Part shown: piece after piece, positions 17,662 through 27,240 of the stretch
Position numbering within the stretch: the first letter of the stretch is position 1
Layout: each line of letters begins with the position of its first letter
Assembly (NCBI GenBank): GCA_016182975.1
Contig: JACPFJ010000028.1
Coordinates: 4,948-68,947 of the forward strand
Direction of reading: 5' to 3'
From: Deltaproteobacteria bacterium
Lineage (GTDB): Bacteria > Desulfobacterota > Desulfuromonadia > Geobacterales > Pseudopelobacteraceae
DNA: 64,000 nt
Notes under the pieces: generated by a model
The model's input: only the letters and a program-made list of their open reading frames with translations
The model's database searches: none
What the model was told of the DNA's origin: nothing
Translations under genes and position numbers: made by a program

Positions 17662-17862
17662 AACTTATACCCCCTTACGGCAAAAAAGTAGCATAGCGAT
17701 ATGAAAGTGACAAGCTTTCCATCAGTGATAACGGAATTCCCGCATGCTCACCAACTGCCTGAAAACCTTCCCCACCCTCCATTCCGGAGCCATTGGGGGA
17801 CATGACAAAGTAAACCTTGGTCAATTACGGGTCGCTTAAATTGATGTCACGACGGAGCGCAT

Positions 17863-18360
17863 ATGAATGCAACGGCCAGCTACTGGATCGACCGCCTCTC
17901 CCTCATTCGCCACCCTGAGGGGGGATGGTTCTGCGAAACCTACCGCTCGGCCGGGTCGGTGGCGGCCTGCGCCCTGCCGGTGCGCTTCGGGGGGGAACGC
18001 TCCCTTTCCACCGCCATCTACTTTCTGCTGGAGGCGGGGGAATTTTCCGCCTTCCACCGGATAAAGTCCGACGAGATGTGGCATGCCTACACGGGTGATG
18101 CGCTGACGGTGCATGTGATCGACCCGGATGGGGAATACCGGGCACTCAGGCTGGGGGGCGTCCCGGAGCGGGGAGAGTGCTTTCAGGGGGTGGTGCCGGC
18201 GGGGTGCTGGTTTGCGGCGGAAACGGAAGGGGAATATTCCCTCGTAGGCTGCACCGTCTCCCCCGGTTTCGCCTTTGAAGATTTCGAGATGGCGGCGCGC
18301 GGCGCGCTCGTTTCGCTCTATCCAAGGCATCGGGAGCTGATCACCAGGTTCACCCGTTGA
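17863..18360 (+). CDS. Cupin-superfamily protein (DUF985-like)
   Basis: 'WIDRLSLIRHPEGGWFCETYRS...IYFLL...SAFHRIKSDEMWH' is typical of DUF985 cupins. Confidence 0.75.
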   Translation: MNATASYWIDRLSLIRHPEGGWFCETYRSAGSVAACALPVRFGGERSLSTAIYFLLEAGEFSAFHRIKSDEMWHAYTGDALTVHVIDPDGEYRALRLGGVPERGECFQGVVPAGCWFAAETEGEYSLVGCTVSPGFAFEDFEMAARGALVSLYPRHRELITRFTR

Positions 18361-18558
18361 CAGGGCGGCCCAGGGGGCTATGCCCCGCAGCCCGCTTGGA
18401 TTGTCCTGAGCCGGCAAAGCCGGAACCAGATAAGAAAGGCATTTTGTGCCTCAGATTACCTCGCGGTTACCGGGATTTCAGGCCAGTGTAAACTTAGAAG
18501 AAGCCTCGAAAAAGGGTTTTGAATCCGGAGCCTGTTCGTTATTAAAAAGGGACCTGAC

Positions 18559-19053
18559 ATGAAATTCACCCTGCTGACCCATTTCAAGGAGTTCGATAAA
18601 CGATCCAATACCGGGCGGGTGGTGCTGGACGTATTGGGGAGCGCGGCCGAGCAGGTCCGCTGGGACAGGCTGAATCCGCCCGCCGGGCTCGTCGGGGAGA
18701 TCGAGGCGGGTGGTGTGGCGCTGGTCTACCCCGGCACCGCAGGCCCGGATGACGAAGATTTGAGCGATATCGGGCACTTTGTCATCATCGACGGCACCTG
18801 GCATGAGGCACGAAAGATCCATCAGAAAAGCCCGTACCTGCGGAAGGCCCGCCGGGTCTGTCTCAAGCCCGCGGGGAAGTCGGTCTACAACCTCAGGAAA
18901 AACCAGAAGGAAGCGTGCCTCTGTACCGCGGAGTGCGTGATCGAAATCCTGCGCAGCACGGGAAGGACCGAGCAGGCCGAGCGGCTGCAGGAACGTTTTC
19001 TGGCATTTATCAGGCCGCTTGGCGCCATGCGCGGAGAGGTGCAGGGGCATTGA
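18559..19053 (+). CDS. DTW-domain protein (tRNA-uridine aminocarboxypropyltransferase family)
   Basis: 'VIIDGTWHEARKI' is the DTW motif. 164 aa. Confidence 0.75.
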   Translation: MKFTLLTHFKEFDKRSNTGRVVLDVLGSAAEQVRWDRLNPPAGLVGEIEAGGVALVYPGTAGPDDEDLSDIGHFVIIDGTWHEARKIHQKSPYLRKARRVCLKPAGKSVYNLRKNQKEACLCTAECVIEILRSTGRTEQAERLQERFLAFIRPLGAMRGEVQGH

Positions 19054-19132
19054 TGCGGCGAATTTGAACAGGCAATTCCGGAGACGGCGTCCTGCAATAT
19101 GCCGAATATGCACCAAGAGGGTTTGTGTCCAC

Positions 19133-19615
19133 GTGAACAAAGAGCAGATCATACGGGAAATAATTACGGCGCTTTCCGCCGATCTGACGGTGCTCTCCAG
19201 CGCCGCCAGGGCCGCCCACGAGGCAGCCACCCACGCGGAGTGCATCCCCGACAACAAGTACGACACCACCGCGCTGGAGGCCTCCTACATCGCCCAGGGA
19301 CAGGCCAACCGCGCCCAGGAGATCCGGGCGGCACTGGAGAGCTACCGCACCCTGATGCTGCATGCCTTCGACGACGACACTCCGATCCGGCTGACGGCGC
19401 TGGTTACCCTGGAAGACGGCGATGGGAACGTGCGGAGGCTCTTTCTCGGCCCCCAGGGCGGCGGCATGAAGATCAGCAATGGCATTGGGGAGATTGTGGT
19501 CATCACCCCTGGTTCTCCTTTGGGCCGCTGCCTGCTGGGCCGGCGAACCGGCGACGATGTGCAGGTTGGCGACGCTGTCACGGCTGCGACCTTTACCATT
19601 GTTGCGGTATGTTGA
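19133..19615 (+). CDS. GreA/GreB-family C-terminal-domain protein
   Basis: GTG at 19133. The C-terminal 'VVITPGSPLGRCLLGRRTGDDVQV' resembles the GreA/B C-terminal domain. The start codon is uncertain. Confidence 0.55.
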   Translation: MNKEQIIREIITALSADLTVLSSAARAAHEAATHAECIPDNKYDTTALEASYIAQGQANRAQEIRAALESYRTLMLHAFDDDTPIRLTALVTLEDGDGNVRRLFLGPQGGGMKISNGIGEIVVITPGSPLGRCLLGRRTGDDVQVGDAVTAATFTIVAVC

Positions 19616-19648
19616 GGTTTCCGGAAATGCGGGAGGCGGGGGGCGCCC

Positions 19649-20995
19649 TCATCCCCCCTCCTCCCCCTCTTCCACCCCGTAGCGCTTCATCTTGCGCCAG
19701 AGGGTGGTCTTGTTGATCCCCAGAATCCGCGCCGCCTCCAGCTTCCTGCCGTTGCAGGAGCGCAGGACCCGCAGGATGTGGTCGCGCTCGGCCTCTTCCA
19801 TCCGGAGCGGCTCCTCCTCCGGCGCTCCGGTCGCGGCGCCCCCCTCCACGAGCAGGCTCCTGGGGGTGAGCAGGTCGGAGGTCTCCAGGATCATGGCGCG
19901 CTCGACGATGTTCTCCAGCTCGCGCACGTTGCCGGGGTAGTCGTAGCGTTCCAGCAGGCGCCACCCCTCCTCGCTCATGCCGTTGATGCGCGGGTTGATG
20001 TGGCGGTAGAGCCGCATGAAATGCCCGGCCAGGAGCGGGATGTCCTCCGGCCGCTCGCGCAGCGGGGGTATCTGCAGGGTGACGACGCTCAGCCGGTAGT
20101 AGAGGTCGCTGCGGAAGACGCCGCGCCGCGCCTCTTCGTCCAGGTTCTGGTTGGTGGCGGCGATGATGCGGGCATCGACGGCGACCGGCGTGCCGCTGCC
20201 GACGCGCGTCACGCAGCGCTCCTGCAGGACGCGCAGCAGCTTGACCTGGAAGGGGTTGCCGGTCGTGCCGATCTCGTCCAGGAAGAGGGTGCCGCGGTTG
20301 GCCAGCTCGAAGTAGCCGGTCCTGCGGGCCACGGCCCCGGTAAAGGCCCCCTTCTCGTGGCCGAACAGCTCGCTCTCCAGCACCCCCTCGGCCAGGGCGC
20401 CGCAGTTGATGGGGACAAAGGGGTGCTCGCGCCGCGGGGAACAGTGGTGGATCATCCGCGCCACCAGTTCCTTGCCGACGCCGGTCTCCCCCTGGATCAG
20501 CACGCTGCTGTCGCTGCGGGCGGCGCGGCGCCCCAGCTCCAGCACCTCGGCCATGCGCCGGTTGCGGGTGAGCGGGGCATGCCGCTCCTGCTCCTGCTCC
20601 TGTTCCTGGCGGTAGAAGGCGAGCGTCCCCTCCAGACGCCGTTCCTTGAGGGCCCGGTTGATGCGCGCCAGCACGTCGTCCGGATCGAAGGGCTTGGCGA
20701 TGTAGTCGTAGGCCCCGTTCTTCACCGCCGTCACCGCACCCGCCAGGGAGGAGTGGCCGGTGATGATGAACACCGGCACCTCCGGGTTGATCTCCTTCAC
20801 CCGCGCCAGGAGCTCCATCCCTCCCAGGCGCGGCATCTTCACGTCGCTGAGGATGATCTCCGCCCCCTGGCGGCGAAAGTGGGCCAGCGCCTCCTCGCCG
20901 TTGCCGAAGGCGTCCACCAGGTAGTCCGGACCGAGCATCCGCGTGAGGATGCGGCAGGCCAGCGGATCGTCGTCCACCACGATCACCCGTATCAT
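19649..20995 (-). CDS. Sigma-54-dependent response regulator (NtrC family)
   Basis: Canonical receiver ('VVDDD', 'LSDVKMP', 'AKPF'). 'GETGVGKE' and 'GAFTGA'. C-terminal HTH. Confidence 0.9.
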   Translation of the reverse strand: MIRVIVVDDDPLACRILTRMLGPDYLVDAFGNGEEALAHFRRQGAEIILSDVKMPRLGGMELLARVKEINPEVPVFIITGHSSLAGAVTAVKNGAYDYIAKPFDPDDVLARINRALKERRLEGTLAFYRQEQEQEQERHAPLTRNRRMAEVLELGRRAARSDSSVLIQGETGVGKELVARMIHHCSPRREHPFVPINCGALAEGVLESELFGHEKGAFTGAVARRTGYFELANRGTLFLDEIGTTGNPFQVKLLRVLQERCVTRVGSGTPVAVDARIIAATNQNLDEEARRGVFRSDLYYRLSVVTLQIPPLRERPEDIPLLAGHFMRLYRHINPRINGMSEEGWRLLERYDYPGNVRELENIVERAMILETSDLLTPRSLLVEGGAATGAPEEEPLRMEEAERDHILRVLRSCNGRKLEAARILGINKTTLWRKMKRYGVEEGEEGG

Positions 20996-22923
20996 GCCCC
21001 CACCTCCCGCGTTCCCGGGATAAAGACCTTGAAGCAGGCCCCCTCGCCGGGGCGCGACTCCACCTCGATGTCCCCCCCCATGCCGTTGATCATGCCGTAG
21101 CTGACCGAGAGACCGAGGCCGGTCCCCTCTCCGACCTCCTTGGTGGTGAAGAACGGATCGAAGATCCGGTCCAGGTGCTCGGGCGCGATGCCGCAGCCGT
21201 TGTCCCGGAAACTGGCCTGCACCCCCCCGTCCCGTTGCCGGAGCGTCACGGCCACCTCCCCGCCCGGCGCGGCATCGATGCCGTTCAGCAGGATGTTGAC
21301 GAAGACCTGGCGCAACTGGTCGCCGTCGATCAGCAGGGAAGGGAGGGGGGCGTCGTCGCAGCTGAGCCGGACCTGTCTGTTTTCGGCCCGCAGCCTGACC
21401 AGCGCCAGGGCCTCACCCATGATCACGGCCGGGTCGTGGGGGGCCGGCGTGGCCCCGGAGCGACGGGCGAAGCTCAAAAGCCCGGCGATGATCCCGCTGC
21501 ATTTGCCGGCCTGGTCGGCGATGTCGTCCAGGTCGCCGGTCAGCGAGCGCCGGTCGCACTCCCCCCGTTCGATCCCCTTCCGGGCCAGGATCGCCAGGGC
21601 CTTGATGTTGCCGAGCGGGGTGTTCAGCTCGTGCGCCAGTCCGGCCGCCATCTCCCCTATCGAGGCCAGTTTCTCCGTCCCCCTGATCCGCTCCTCCACC
21701 CGCAACCGTTCCTCGGCGCTCTGCTGGATGGCGTCCGCCATCCGGTTGATCTCCCCGGCCAGGAAGCCGACCTCGTCGCGCGAACCCTCCGCTATCCGTT
21801 CGGCCGGGTTGTTCCCCATCCTGCGGATACCCTCCACCACCGCCTGTATCGGGCGGGTCAGTGAGCGGGCGAAGAAGAGGGAGGCCGCCAGGGCGAGTCC
21901 CAGCACCAAGGTGGCCCAGAGGGCGGTCTGGCGGCCGATGGTGGCCAGCGGACCCAGGAAGAAGTCCCGCCGCGCATTGACCACCACCACCCACCCCCGG
22001 TCCTGGCGGCCGTAGGGGGAGTAGTAGGCATGGGCCAGGATGTCCCTGCTGCGCGGGTCGCTGGCGATGCCGCGCTCGCTGGTGAGCCAGGCGCTGGTGA
22101 TCTCGGGGGGGTAGTCGTCGAAGATGGTGCGGCGGCTGCCGGTCTGGTCGCCGAACTCGCACGACCCGTCGCGATGGAAGAGGTAGATGCCGTTTCTGCG
22201 GTTGTCGGCGGGGTTGCGTTCGACCAGGAAGGCGCTCCCCTGCTCGGCGGCGATCAGGCGGTTGATCAGGCGGCCGGCCTGCTCCCCCCAGACGTTGACG
22301 ACCAGTACGCCGCGCTGGACGCCGTCCCGCCCGAAGAGCGGGGTGGCAAAGCGCACCATGGCCGGACAGAGGGCGTCCTCCTCCTCGATCTTGCCCCGCT
22401 CCAGGTTGGAGATCAGCACGCCGTTGCGGGGAAGCCGGAGCGCGGCCTGGAAAAAGTCGCGCCCGGCCACCGAATGGACCGCGGGCATGGAGTAGGGGGG
22501 GCGCTCGGGGCCGGTCGCGGGCACGAGCCTCCCCTCCTTGATCTTGACCAGGACGTTGCCGGCCGGGTCGATCAGGCGGATCGCCTGGATGGTCGCGTCC
22601 AGTTTCTGCCAGCCGAGAAACGCGCCTTCCAGGCGCCGCAGTGAACCGGCCAGCCGGGTCTGGCTGACCGATCCCAGCGCCTCCAGATAGTCCCCCACCT
22701 CCGGGGATGCCGCCATGGTCGCCAGGGTGGTCTGTGAATGTCCCACCATCTCCGCCAGGCCGGTCGCCGAACGCTCCGCCAGCGAGCTGACCTGCCGGGA
22801 GGCGTTCCCTTGCAGGATGTGGGCGGTGGATACGATGATCAGCATCGAGAAGGCGATCAGCGACGGGACCGCCACCCCCAGCAGGGTGACCAGTGCCTTG
22901 CGGCGTATACCCAAACGTTTCAT
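20992..22923 (-). CDS. Sensor histidine kinase (periplasmic sensor, HAMP, HisKA, HATPase)
   Basis: Start taken at MKRLGI (ATG at 22923; alternative at 22941). Two TMs flank a sensor of about 270 aa. H-box 'AAGLAHELNTPL'. 'DNGCGI' and 'GTGLGLSVS'. ATGA overlap with the EBP. Confidence 0.85.
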   Translation of the reverse strand: MKRLGIRRKALVTLLGVAVPSLIAFSMLIIVSTAHILQGNASRQVSSLAERSATGLAEMVGHSQTTLATMAASPEVGDYLEALGSVSQTRLAGSLRRLEGAFLGWQKLDATIQAIRLIDPAGNVLVKIKEGRLVPATGPERPPYSMPAVHSVAGRDFFQAALRLPRNGVLISNLERGKIEEEDALCPAMVRFATPLFGRDGVQRGVLVVNVWGEQAGRLINRLIAAEQGSAFLVERNPADNRRNGIYLFHRDGSCEFGDQTGSRRTIFDDYPPEITSAWLTSERGIASDPRSRDILAHAYYSPYGRQDRGWVVVVNARRDFFLGPLATIGRQTALWATLVLGLALAASLFFARSLTRPIQAVVEGIRRMGNNPAERIAEGSRDEVGFLAGEINRMADAIQQSAEERLRVEERIRGTEKLASIGEMAAGLAHELNTPLGNIKALAILARKGIERGECDRRSLTGDLDDIADQAGKCSGIIAGLLSFARRSGATPAPHDPAVIMGEALALVRLRAENRQVRLSCDDAPLPSLLIDGDQLRQVFVNILLNGIDAAPGGEVAVTLRQRDGGVQASFRDNGCGIAPEHLDRIFDPFFTTKEVGEGTGLGLSVSYGMINGMGGDIEVESRPGEGACFKVFIPGTREVGA

Positions 22924-22963
22924 GTTGACCTCGCGCTGCATTCGGCACCGCTCTGGATTGGGA

Positions 22964-22984
22964 TTGCACCCGCATTCGGTGCAA
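22964..22984. promoter_or_regulatory. Perfect 7-bp inverted repeat TTGCACC-N7-GGTGCAA. Candidate enhancer (UAS) for the adjacent EBP.
   Basis: Read directly in the divergent intergenic region. An extra half-site, TGCACCC, lies at 22986-22992. Confidence 0.35.
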
Positions 22985-23057
22985 TATGCACCCGGCGCTA
23001 CCGTACGCCGATCGGCATTGCCGGTCAACCCCTTTCTTTCATTGTCTATTTCCGCCC

Positions 23058-23073
23058 TGGCACGTCCTGTGTA
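23058..23073 (+). promoter_or_regulatory. Sigma-54-like promoter (TGGCAC-N5-GTGTA) upstream of the cytochrome gene
   Basis: The -24 box TGGCAC is perfect. The -12 box is GTGTA against consensus TTGCA. It lies about 50 nt upstream of the ATG at 23126. Confidence 0.35.
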
Positions 23074-23125
23074 ATGGTACAGGCGGGCCATGAGAGCCCG
23101 CATACAATTCAAGGAGGAGGATGCC

Positions 23126-25003
23126 ATGAAAACTGTGATTGCGGTTGCGCTGCTGCTCGTGACTGCCGGGGCCGCCTGGGGCCTCGATGCCGGGTCGGGG
23201 TGTGTTGCCTGCCACGGCGACAGGGGAAAGATGAAGGAACTGGGGGCGGAGGCGATGTACCTCGACCCGGTCCAGGTGGATCGGGAGGTGAACATGAAGG
23301 GGAAGCCGACCTGCGTGGATTGTCACCTGGGTGATCCCAAGGCCCAAGACAAGACTGCGGCCCACAAGGGGCTGCTGCGCCCCTTCCTGGTGGCGGCGGG
23401 GAAGAAGTACAAGGGAGAGGCGATCTCCCGCGAGGAGGCGGGGGCCCTGCAACCCCTGACGCCGAAGGGGACCAGCATGAGCAGCATGATCCCCAAGGGG
23501 GACCCCAAGAAGCTGGAAGCGGCCGGGGTCAAGCGGATCGTCAACATCCATTGGCATGACCGCGACCCGCAAACCATGGCCTACTCCCCCAAGGTGGCCG
23601 AGCAGACCTGCGGCCGCTGCCACAGTAAGGCGGTGCAGGATTACAACAGCTCCACCAAGGGGCTCTCCAGGATGCAGCGCTCGTTCCGCAGCTGGTCCGA
23701 GAAGCTCCCCGGACCGCACAACTGCGGTGTTTGGCCCGGAGAGAACGAGGAGGGGCTCCGCTCCCAGACCTCGGTCCCGTACAGCAAACAGCAGAACGAC
23801 AGCATGGGGCGTTCCTGCAACATGTGTCATCCCTCCTGCAACGACTGCCACTTCAAGCCGGTGGCCGCCAGGGGTACCCATGCCTTCGGAAAGCCGGACA
23901 ACCCCAGTTGCTCCGGCGGCAACCGGGCCAGCATCTGTCACGGCGCCACCATGGAACGCCGCCGCGGCGCCGGTTTCGTCAGAGGGGTCTACGCCTTCCC
24001 CCCCGACCAGAAGCAGGGGGCCCACATCAAGGCCGGTCTGGAGTGCCTCGACTGCCACAAGCCAGCCAACCACCAGTTCGGGCACCTGGCCTCCGACGAT
24101 GCCCGAAACTCGTGCGGGAAGTGCCACAACGACATCGTAAAGGCCGTCCAGGCCTCGCCCCACGGCAAGGTGGAGTGCGGCTCCTGCCACATCACCGCCC
24201 TGGGGGCCTACCAGTACACCTTCTGGGGCAAGGGGCACTACTTCGGCGTGGAGAACCCCTACGGCAAGCACAAGGATTACTACGGCAGCCGCGACCTGCC
24301 GACCATCGTCCGCAATCCCGCGGGACGCTGGATACCGATGAAACCCTACCCGATGGCGGTCATGAACCAGACCGGCGAGTTGGGGCCGACCGGGCTTCTG
24401 TTCCGCTCGATCCCGAAACGGACCGTACCGGGCAACCCCAAGCTCGGCGAGCCGAGTTCATTCGAGGCGGTCCGGGAGGTAAGCGAGGTCAACGACGCCT
24501 ATATCGGGGTCGGCACGCGCAGCGATCTTCCCACAGGGAACAAGACGATACTCTGGATCCAGATGGAGAAGCTGAGCCACGCCATGGGCAAGCCGCGCGG
24601 CTGCGGCAGCTGCCACGACTCCCATGCCCAGGTCGGCAAGTCGCAGTGGAGCTACTTCGAGGAGCGCGACGTGACCAAGCCGTTCAAGGGGAGCTACACC
24701 ATCACCGCCGACAAGGACGGGATGCGCTTCGGCGACGTGACCTGGGAGGAGCCGCAGCTCGCCCCCAACCGCAGGCTGGAGGAGGTAGCCCCCTTCGCGG
24801 TGCTGCCGAAGAACGCCTGGGACGTCAATGGGATCGACCTCTCCATCCCCTTCGACGACAAGAAGACCGCGACGGCCCGCAAGGAACTGGATGAGTTCCT
24901 CAAGGAGCTGGACAGGCGCAAGGACGACCCGAAGGTGAAGGAGATCCGCGTGATTGCCTATCACAACCTGGCAATGGCCAAGAAGATGCTGAAGAAGAAA
25001 TAG
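23126..25003 (+). CDS. Periplasmic multihaem c-type cytochrome (9 CXXCH plus one CX8CH candidate)
   Basis: Signal peptide MKTVIAVALLLVTAGAAWG. CXXCH motifs are CVACH, CVDCH, CGRCH, CNMCH, CNDCH, CLDCH, CGKCH, CGSCH and CGSCH. AAGGAGG lies 8 nt upstream. Confidence 0.9.
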   Translation: MKTVIAVALLLVTAGAAWGLDAGSGCVACHGDRGKMKELGAEAMYLDPVQVDREVNMKGKPTCVDCHLGDPKAQDKTAAHKGLLRPFLVAAGKKYKGEAISREEAGALQPLTPKGTSMSSMIPKGDPKKLEAAGVKRIVNIHWHDRDPQTMAYSPKVAEQTCGRCHSKAVQDYNSSTKGLSRMQRSFRSWSEKLPGPHNCGVWPGENEEGLRSQTSVPYSKQQNDSMGRSCNMCHPSCNDCHFKPVAARGTHAFGKPDNPSCSGGNRASICHGATMERRRGAGFVRGVYAFPPDQKQGAHIKAGLECLDCHKPANHQFGHLASDDARNSCGKCHNDIVKAVQASPHGKVECGSCHITALGAYQYTFWGKGHYFGVENPYGKHKDYYGSRDLPTIVRNPAGRWIPMKPYPMAVMNQTGELGPTGLLFRSIPKRTVPGNPKLGEPSSFEAVREVSEVNDAYIGVGTRSDLPTGNKTILWIQMEKLSHAMGKPRGCGSCHDSHAQVGKSQWSYFEERDVTKPFKGSYTITADKDGMRFGDVTWEEPQLAPNRRLEEVAPFAVLPKNAWDVNGIDLSIPFDDKKTATARKELDEFLKELDRRKDDPKVKEIRVIAYHNLAMAKKMLKKK

Positions 25004-25042
25004 CCGCCTTTGCAAGGGGCGGCCATCTCTTTTTGTGACGTT

Positions 25043-25357
25043 TCAGGATTTGACCAGCTTGTGGCAGAAGAGGCAGCGGTTCTTGGGGGGGTGATTGGGG
25101 GGAAAGGGGACCCCTTTTTCCTTGTGGCAGGGCTCGCAGTATACCTCGGCCCCCTTCTTGTCGGGCTTGAAGAAGGCGCGTTTGAATATCGAGGCGTCCG
25201 GGCCGGGCGCGTTGCGAAAGGCGGTTTCGTAGACGATCCGGTGCGTGCCGTCCGGCGGCACCGGTCGGGTCTTCTCCTTGCCGGAGATGGCGATGAAGGT
25301 CCCAATGACCACGACAAACAGCCCGGCAAAAAGCCAATCACGTTTAACCAGTTTCAT
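25043..25357 (-). CDS. Membrane-anchored dihaem c-type cytochrome
   Basis: N-terminal TM 'WLFAGLFVVVIGTFIAI' then CEPCH and CLFCH. 104 aa. Convergent with the large cytochrome. Confidence 0.7.
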   Translation of the reverse strand: MKLVKRDWLFAGLFVVVIGTFIAISGKEKTRPVPPDGTHRIVYETAFRNAPGPDASIFKRAFFKPDKKGAEVYCEPCHKEKGVPFPPNHPPKNRCLFCHKLVKS

Positions 25358-25395
25358 TGAGTTGTTTCCCTTTCAAAACCCAAATTCTCAGATTG

Positions 25396-25589
25396 AACCT
25401 AAGTTCTGCAAACCTCACCACAGAGTCACAGAGGGCACAGAGAAATCGGTTTTAATAACAAAACATCAGACTTTGATGCCTATGATTTTGCCGCTCACCT
25501 TTTTGGTTATGCGGTTTTTTATTTTCAAAAAGGCTCTGTGATTACTCCGTGTTCTCTGTGACTCTGTGGTGGAAGTGCCGCTTTTGGTT
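25396..25589. mobile_element. MITE-like element, copy 1 (about 194 bp, terminal inverted repeats of about 35 bp)
   Basis: Left end is AACCTAAGTTCTGCAAACCTCACCACAGAGTCACAGAGGGCACAGAG. The right end is its inverse, CTCTGTGACTCTGTGGTGGAAGTGCCGCTTTTGGTT. A near-identical architecture occurs at 38982. Confidence 0.7.
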
Positions 25590-25603
25590 GAATGTTTGAG
25601 TAT

Positions 25604-25942
25604 CTATTCCGATTTTATCAGCGAAATATAGATGACGACGCCCCCGATCAACAGTCCGCCGCAGACAAAAGGGATCAGCGATTTCAGGGTCAGGACCTCG
25701 CCGGGCACCGGCATGGCGAAACGCAGGATCACGATCAAACCGATCATCCCGAACAGCGTCAGCAGCACGATCTTGGACCTCTTGATCACACCGTAGAAAA
25801 AGACAAACGCTATGCAGAGCAGGACGACGGGGTTCGTGAACATCTGCTTCAGAGTCAGGTTTTGCAGGGTGGTCAGCAGGTTGGTGGTCTCAAAGGGGTG
25901 CAGTATCTCGGCGGCTTTCTCCGCGAGCTGCTGTCTATTCAT
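25604..25942 (-). CDS. Hypothetical small membrane protein
   Basis: 112 aa with three hydrophobic segments. No family recognised. Confidence 0.45.
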   Translation of the reverse strand: MNRQQLAEKAAEILHPFETTNLLTTLQNLTLKQMFTNPVVLLCIAFVFFYGVIKRSKIVLLTLFGMIGLIVILRFAMPVPGEVLTLKSLIPFVCGGLLIGGVVIYISLIKSE

Positions 25943-26009
25943 GAACGTTCTCCGTTTTTGATGCGGTAAAGCCGAGTGAAATAGTAAAGCAAAGCGGCGG
26001 GTTCGGCAA

Positions 26010-26043
26010 GAAAAAATAAAAGGCCCGCAACGAATGCGGGCCT
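26010..26043 (-). terminator. Rho-independent terminator after dnaJ
   Basis: On the minus strand, GGCCCGCA-ttcgt-TGCGGGCC is followed by TTTTATTTTTT. Confidence 0.75.
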
Positions 26044-26050
26044 TGGGGCA

Positions 26051-27172
26051 TCAGGTCAGGAACTCCATGACCTTGTCCAGGAACCCCTTCTTCAGGGGGT
26101 GGACGTCCTCACCGCTGATCCTGGCGAACTCCTCCAGCAACTCCTTCTGCTTCTTGTTGAGGTTGGTGGGGGTCTCGACCCGGATGATCACCAGCTGGTC
26201 GCCGCGGCCGTACCCCTGCAGCGAGGGGATGCCCTTGCCGCGCAGACGGTAGATCTTGCCGGACTGTGTGCCGTCGGGGATCTTCATCGAGACCTTGCCG
26301 TCCAGGGTCGGCACCTCGATCTCGCACCCCAGGGAGGCCTGGATGAAGCTGATCGGGAACTCGCAGATGACGTTGTTGTCCTCACGCTGAAAGATGGGGT
26401 GCTCCCTGACGCTGATGGCTACGTACAGGTCGCCGTTTGGCCCCCCCTTGCCCTGGCCCCCCTCGCCGGTCAGCTTCAGCCGTGAACCGGTCTCTACCCC
26501 GCCCGGCACCTTGACCGAGAGGGCCTTGCTGTCCTTGACACTCCCCTTGCCGCGGCAGGTGGGGCAGGGGTTGTCGACGATCTTTCCCTCTCCCTGGCAC
26601 TGGCCGCAGGTCTTGCTGACGCTGAAGAAGCCCTGCTGATAGCGTACCTGGCCGGCCCCGCGGCAGGAGGGACAGACCTTGGGTTCGGTGCCCGGCTTCG
26701 AGCCGGAGCCGTTGCAGGCGCCGCAGCGCTTGGCAAAGGGGACCTCGATCCGCTTTTCCACACCGAAGGCGGCCTCCTCGAAGCTGATCTCCAGGTTGTA
26801 GAGCAGGTCGTCGCCCCTTCGCCCCTGTTGGCGTCCCCTGCCGCCGGTGCCGCCGAAGATGTCGCCGAAGATGTCGCTGAAAATGTCGCCAAAGGGTGTG
26901 CCCGCCCCGAATCCGCCGCCGGAAAAGCCGCCCCCCCCGGAGAGGCCGGCGTGGCCGAACTGGTCGTAGTGGGCGCGCTTCTGGGCATCGGAGAGCACCT
27001 CGTAGGCCTCGGTGGCCTCCTTGAACCTGTCCTCGGCCGCCTTGTCGTCCGGGTTCTTGTCGGGGTGATGCTGGAGGGCCAGCTTGCGGAAGGCCTTCTT
27101 GATCTCGGTCTCGGAGGCGTTGCGGTGGACACCCAGTATCTCGTAGTAATCGCGTTTTTCGCCGTTTGCCAC
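26051..27172 (-). CDS. dnaJ: Molecular chaperone DnaJ
   Basis: J domain 'DYYEILGV...HPDKN'. G/F region. Four CxxCxGxG repeats. GTG start. Confidence 0.95.
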   Translation of the reverse strand: MANGEKRDYYEILGVHRNASETEIKKAFRKLALQHHPDKNPDDKAAEDRFKEATEAYEVLSDAQKRAHYDQFGHAGLSGGGGFSGGGFGAGTPFGDIFSDIFGDIFGGTGGRGRQQGRRGDDLLYNLEISFEEAAFGVEKRIEVPFAKRCGACNGSGSKPGTEPKVCPSCRGAGQVRYQQGFFSVSKTCGQCQGEGKIVDNPCPTCRGKGSVKDSKALSVKVPGGVETGSRLKLTGEGGQGKGGPNGDLYVAISVREHPIFQREDNNVICEFPISFIQASLGCEIEVPTLDGKVSMKIPDGTQSGKIYRLRGKGIPSLQGYGRGDQLVIIRVETPTNLNKKQKELLEEFARISGEDVHPLKKGFLDKVMEFLT

Positions 27173-27240
27173 TATGGTTTCCTTGATAACGCAACGAGCA
27201 GCGACCCCGGAATGAGGCGCTGCCCGATGCAGTATGGGTG

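Noticed and set aside
17406-17663. 85-aa plus-strand ORF overlapping the DUF2281-like gene
   Set aside because: The minus-strand product has family-like features. The plus-strand product is Ser/Pro/Arg-rich and starts inside the boundary repeat.
23731-24894. 387-aa alternative-frame ORF inside the cytochrome gene
   Set aside because: Arg/Pro/Gly-rich translation. The annotated frame carries nine CXXCH motifs and a signal peptide.
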